A stretch of 53,640 nt of DNA from Balamuthia mandrillaris (taxonomy: Eukaryota). Made by a program: the position numbers and the translations under genes. Positions 51,700-53,640 of the stretch are shown piece by piece (within the stretch, counting starts at the first letter, position 1; each line of letters begins with the position of its first letter). The stretch covers positions 186,001 through 239,640 of the forward strand of contig JAVKOQ020000055.1 of the NCBI GenBank assembly GCA_031835245.2, written 5' to 3'. Under the pieces are notes generated by a model. It saw only the letters and a list, made by a program, of their open reading frames with translations. It was not told where the DNA came from and did no database searches.

Positions 51700-52906
51700 T
51701 AGAAAACAAAAAGGGGACATCACGAACATTTTTATGGTATTAATTGGAAGCAACTCAAAAAGCAAATACCAGAAATACGACAATTGATAAAGGAAGAGAA
51801 AGATAAAAAGAGAAGATGACAAGATGCTTCACAATTAGACATCACAACAAAAGAAAAAAATGAGGCCCAGCAAAGAATTGCAACAAAAAGCATAACTCAA
51901 ACAGCAAGAGACTTACATTCTACTCTGGGCATCTTCTTTCGATTTGTGAAATTGTGTGAGAGCAATCATAAGGAAAAAGAAGAAAAAAAGAAAAAAGAGG
52001 AGCAAGAAGAAGAGGAGAAAGAAGAGGAAGAAGAAGAGAAGAAGAAGAAAAAAAAAGATGATAAAGATAATAAGACAGTTGAGCTATTTGAGCTCTCAGT
52101 AATGATGTTATTTGATCAAACACGCTTTCAAGCATTTCATCACTTCTGTCAACTACAGTACAGCAGTCCTAGTACAGTTCGCAATCATCTGCTTTATCTA
52201 TCAAAGATGTTACGTTGGTTGTTGACTTTTGAGACCATGTCTAAGCATCTTCTTTCTATCAATGCAGCTCAAAGATTCTTGCATGAATCTGCTCAGGATG
52301 CAAAGATGCAACTACGAACACATACTTCCATGATCTACAATGAAAGTGAGATGACATCTTCTGGTCAATTCTTTGTATCTCAAGAATGTCTTGCTTTTGG
52401 CGAATGGAATTTGCGAAGATGAAATAAGATTGTGCAAACATATTTTGGGTCCATCAATGATAGGACCAAAGAAAAAAATAAAGAAACAGAAGAAGAAGAA
52501 GAAGAAGAAGAAGAAAAAAAAGAAGAAGATGATGATGATGAAAAAGAAGAAGAAGAAGATATTCAACAAGGCAGCATGGCAAGTTCAATGCTGTCGCATC
52601 AACATGACAACAGGCTTAATGCAAGGTGTTAGAAGAGAAGTAGTTAGAGGGTTTTGTTGAGATAAATTGTTCTATGAAGAAAGCAATAATGAAGATGGAA
52701 GCAAGATCATAAGTTTTTATGCATCAGTAGGCAAGGAAAAGAGGATGAAAAAAACAGATCAAGTACCTCTTCCTACTGAATTACACTCCTTCTTTGAACT
52801 CTTCCTCCTCAAAATTCGACCTTGGTTATTGATACTTTCTACTCAAAATCCACAAGTCAACTTTGATCCATTGTGCATCTGGGTTGGAGAATCAGCCTTG
52901 TTTTAA
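51700..52906 (+). pseudogene. Decayed, intronless tyrosine recombinase/integrase-like gene, 3'-truncated
   Basis: Core-binding-domain-like TARDLHSTLGIFFRFV and SPSTVRNHLLYLSKMLRWL. First catalytic Arg box TGLMQGVRREVV and KEKRMKK..VPLPTELHSFFELFLLKIRPWL. In-frame TGA at 51817, 52420 and 52658, one frameshift near 52570, no HxxR or Tyr box seen. Confidence 0.62.
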
Positions 52907-53047
52907 GGCTACCCTTTGCCAGACAGGTATGAGGTGTATCCTAAACATAAATACATCCAAAGGAAGAGTAATACTTAAAGTATTTGCCACAACAAACAGT
53001 TTTGTGTTTTATTAAGATGTAACACAGTTATTGAGGTGCGAAAATAC

Positions 53048-53081
53048 GGAACCAAAGGAACCTCCTTGGTTCCCTGGTTCC
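53048..53081. other. Imperfect hairpin downstream of the recombinase remnant
   Basis: GGAACCAAAGGAACC-TCCTT-GGTTCCCTGGTTCC. Confidence 0.6.
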
Positions 53082-53089
53082 AAAGCAAA

Positions 53090-53600
53090 AATTTCAGACT
53101 TAGAAAAAATTTCAACATTCTTTAAGTCAAAATGATTGAAAAAAGGGAAAATTAATGTTTATTAATTAAAAAAAGGAATACAATGCTTTTATTTGAAAAA
53201 ATAAAAAAGGTTCTTGTAGAACTCAAAATGCTCTATCCAATGAGCTTATTTACAAAGAGTAAAAATGATTTATAACAGAGTAATTAATTATATACATACT
53301 TTGGTATTTTAAAAATAATAGAAAATATTTATAAAACTGATTAACAAACAGATAAAAGGATTGACAGATAGATAAATAATGAATAAATGATTGTTTAAAA
53401 GGTGTTTCATTAATATTGAATGAATATACAAGGAAAAAAAATGTTTCACAACATAAAAAAACAAAACCTTACAAAAACAAACAAAAATTAAATCAAAACA
53501 ACAACTTAAAAACAAAATATAAATTCTTCCTTCTGTTATACCACTCTCCCATAATACCTATCCCTATCTCTCCTTGTATATATCTTTTTCTTTCATTTTA
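53090..53600. other. Very AT-rich non-coding tract
   Basis: Abrupt drop in GC relative to the rest of the window; no credible ORF. Confidence 0.7.
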
Positions 53601-53640
53601 TTAAAGGTCTTTTCCCTATGCCCATCGAGTTGGTATCTGG

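Noticed and set aside
53309..53604. Short ORFs in the AT-rich tail
   Set aside because: Low-complexity translations with non-ATG starts and no motifs.

Overview
This is intron-rich, gene-dense eukaryotic DNA with short GT-AG introns that often contain CT-rich microsatellites. The gene content (receptor tyrosine-kinase-like gene, lysyl oxidase, SID-1, F-box/MORN) suggests a free-living amoeba of the Acanthamoeba/Balamuthia type, but the organism is inferred, not proven. About 20 genes are recognisable: a UBE3A-like AZUL-HECT ligase, a PH protein, a PLP aminotransferase, a 4-TM protein, a frameshifted FG-GAP membrane protein, a Kelch/Cys-rich receptor kinase, NDUFB2, F-box/MORN, a long EB1-like protein, a sulfotransferase, lysyl oxidase, TTC33, a SID-1 family protein, beta-COP, a SERHL-like hydrolase, ALDH, an F-box gene and an LRR gene. 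The right end (~47.6-53.6 kb) is an accessory or decaying region. It holds a GT8 pseudogene, then a Crinkler/RHS-type SAM + P-loop NTPase + PD-(D/E)xK nuclease gene whose leader looks like a mitochondrial presequence. A decayed intronless tyrosine recombinase follows directly, and hairpins bracket the pair. A local duplication/rearrangement sits at 10.3-13.2 kb, and a ~100-bp structured element occurs twice (0.82 kb and 48.6 kb). All family calls come from motifs recognised by eye, and exon boundaries are manual.
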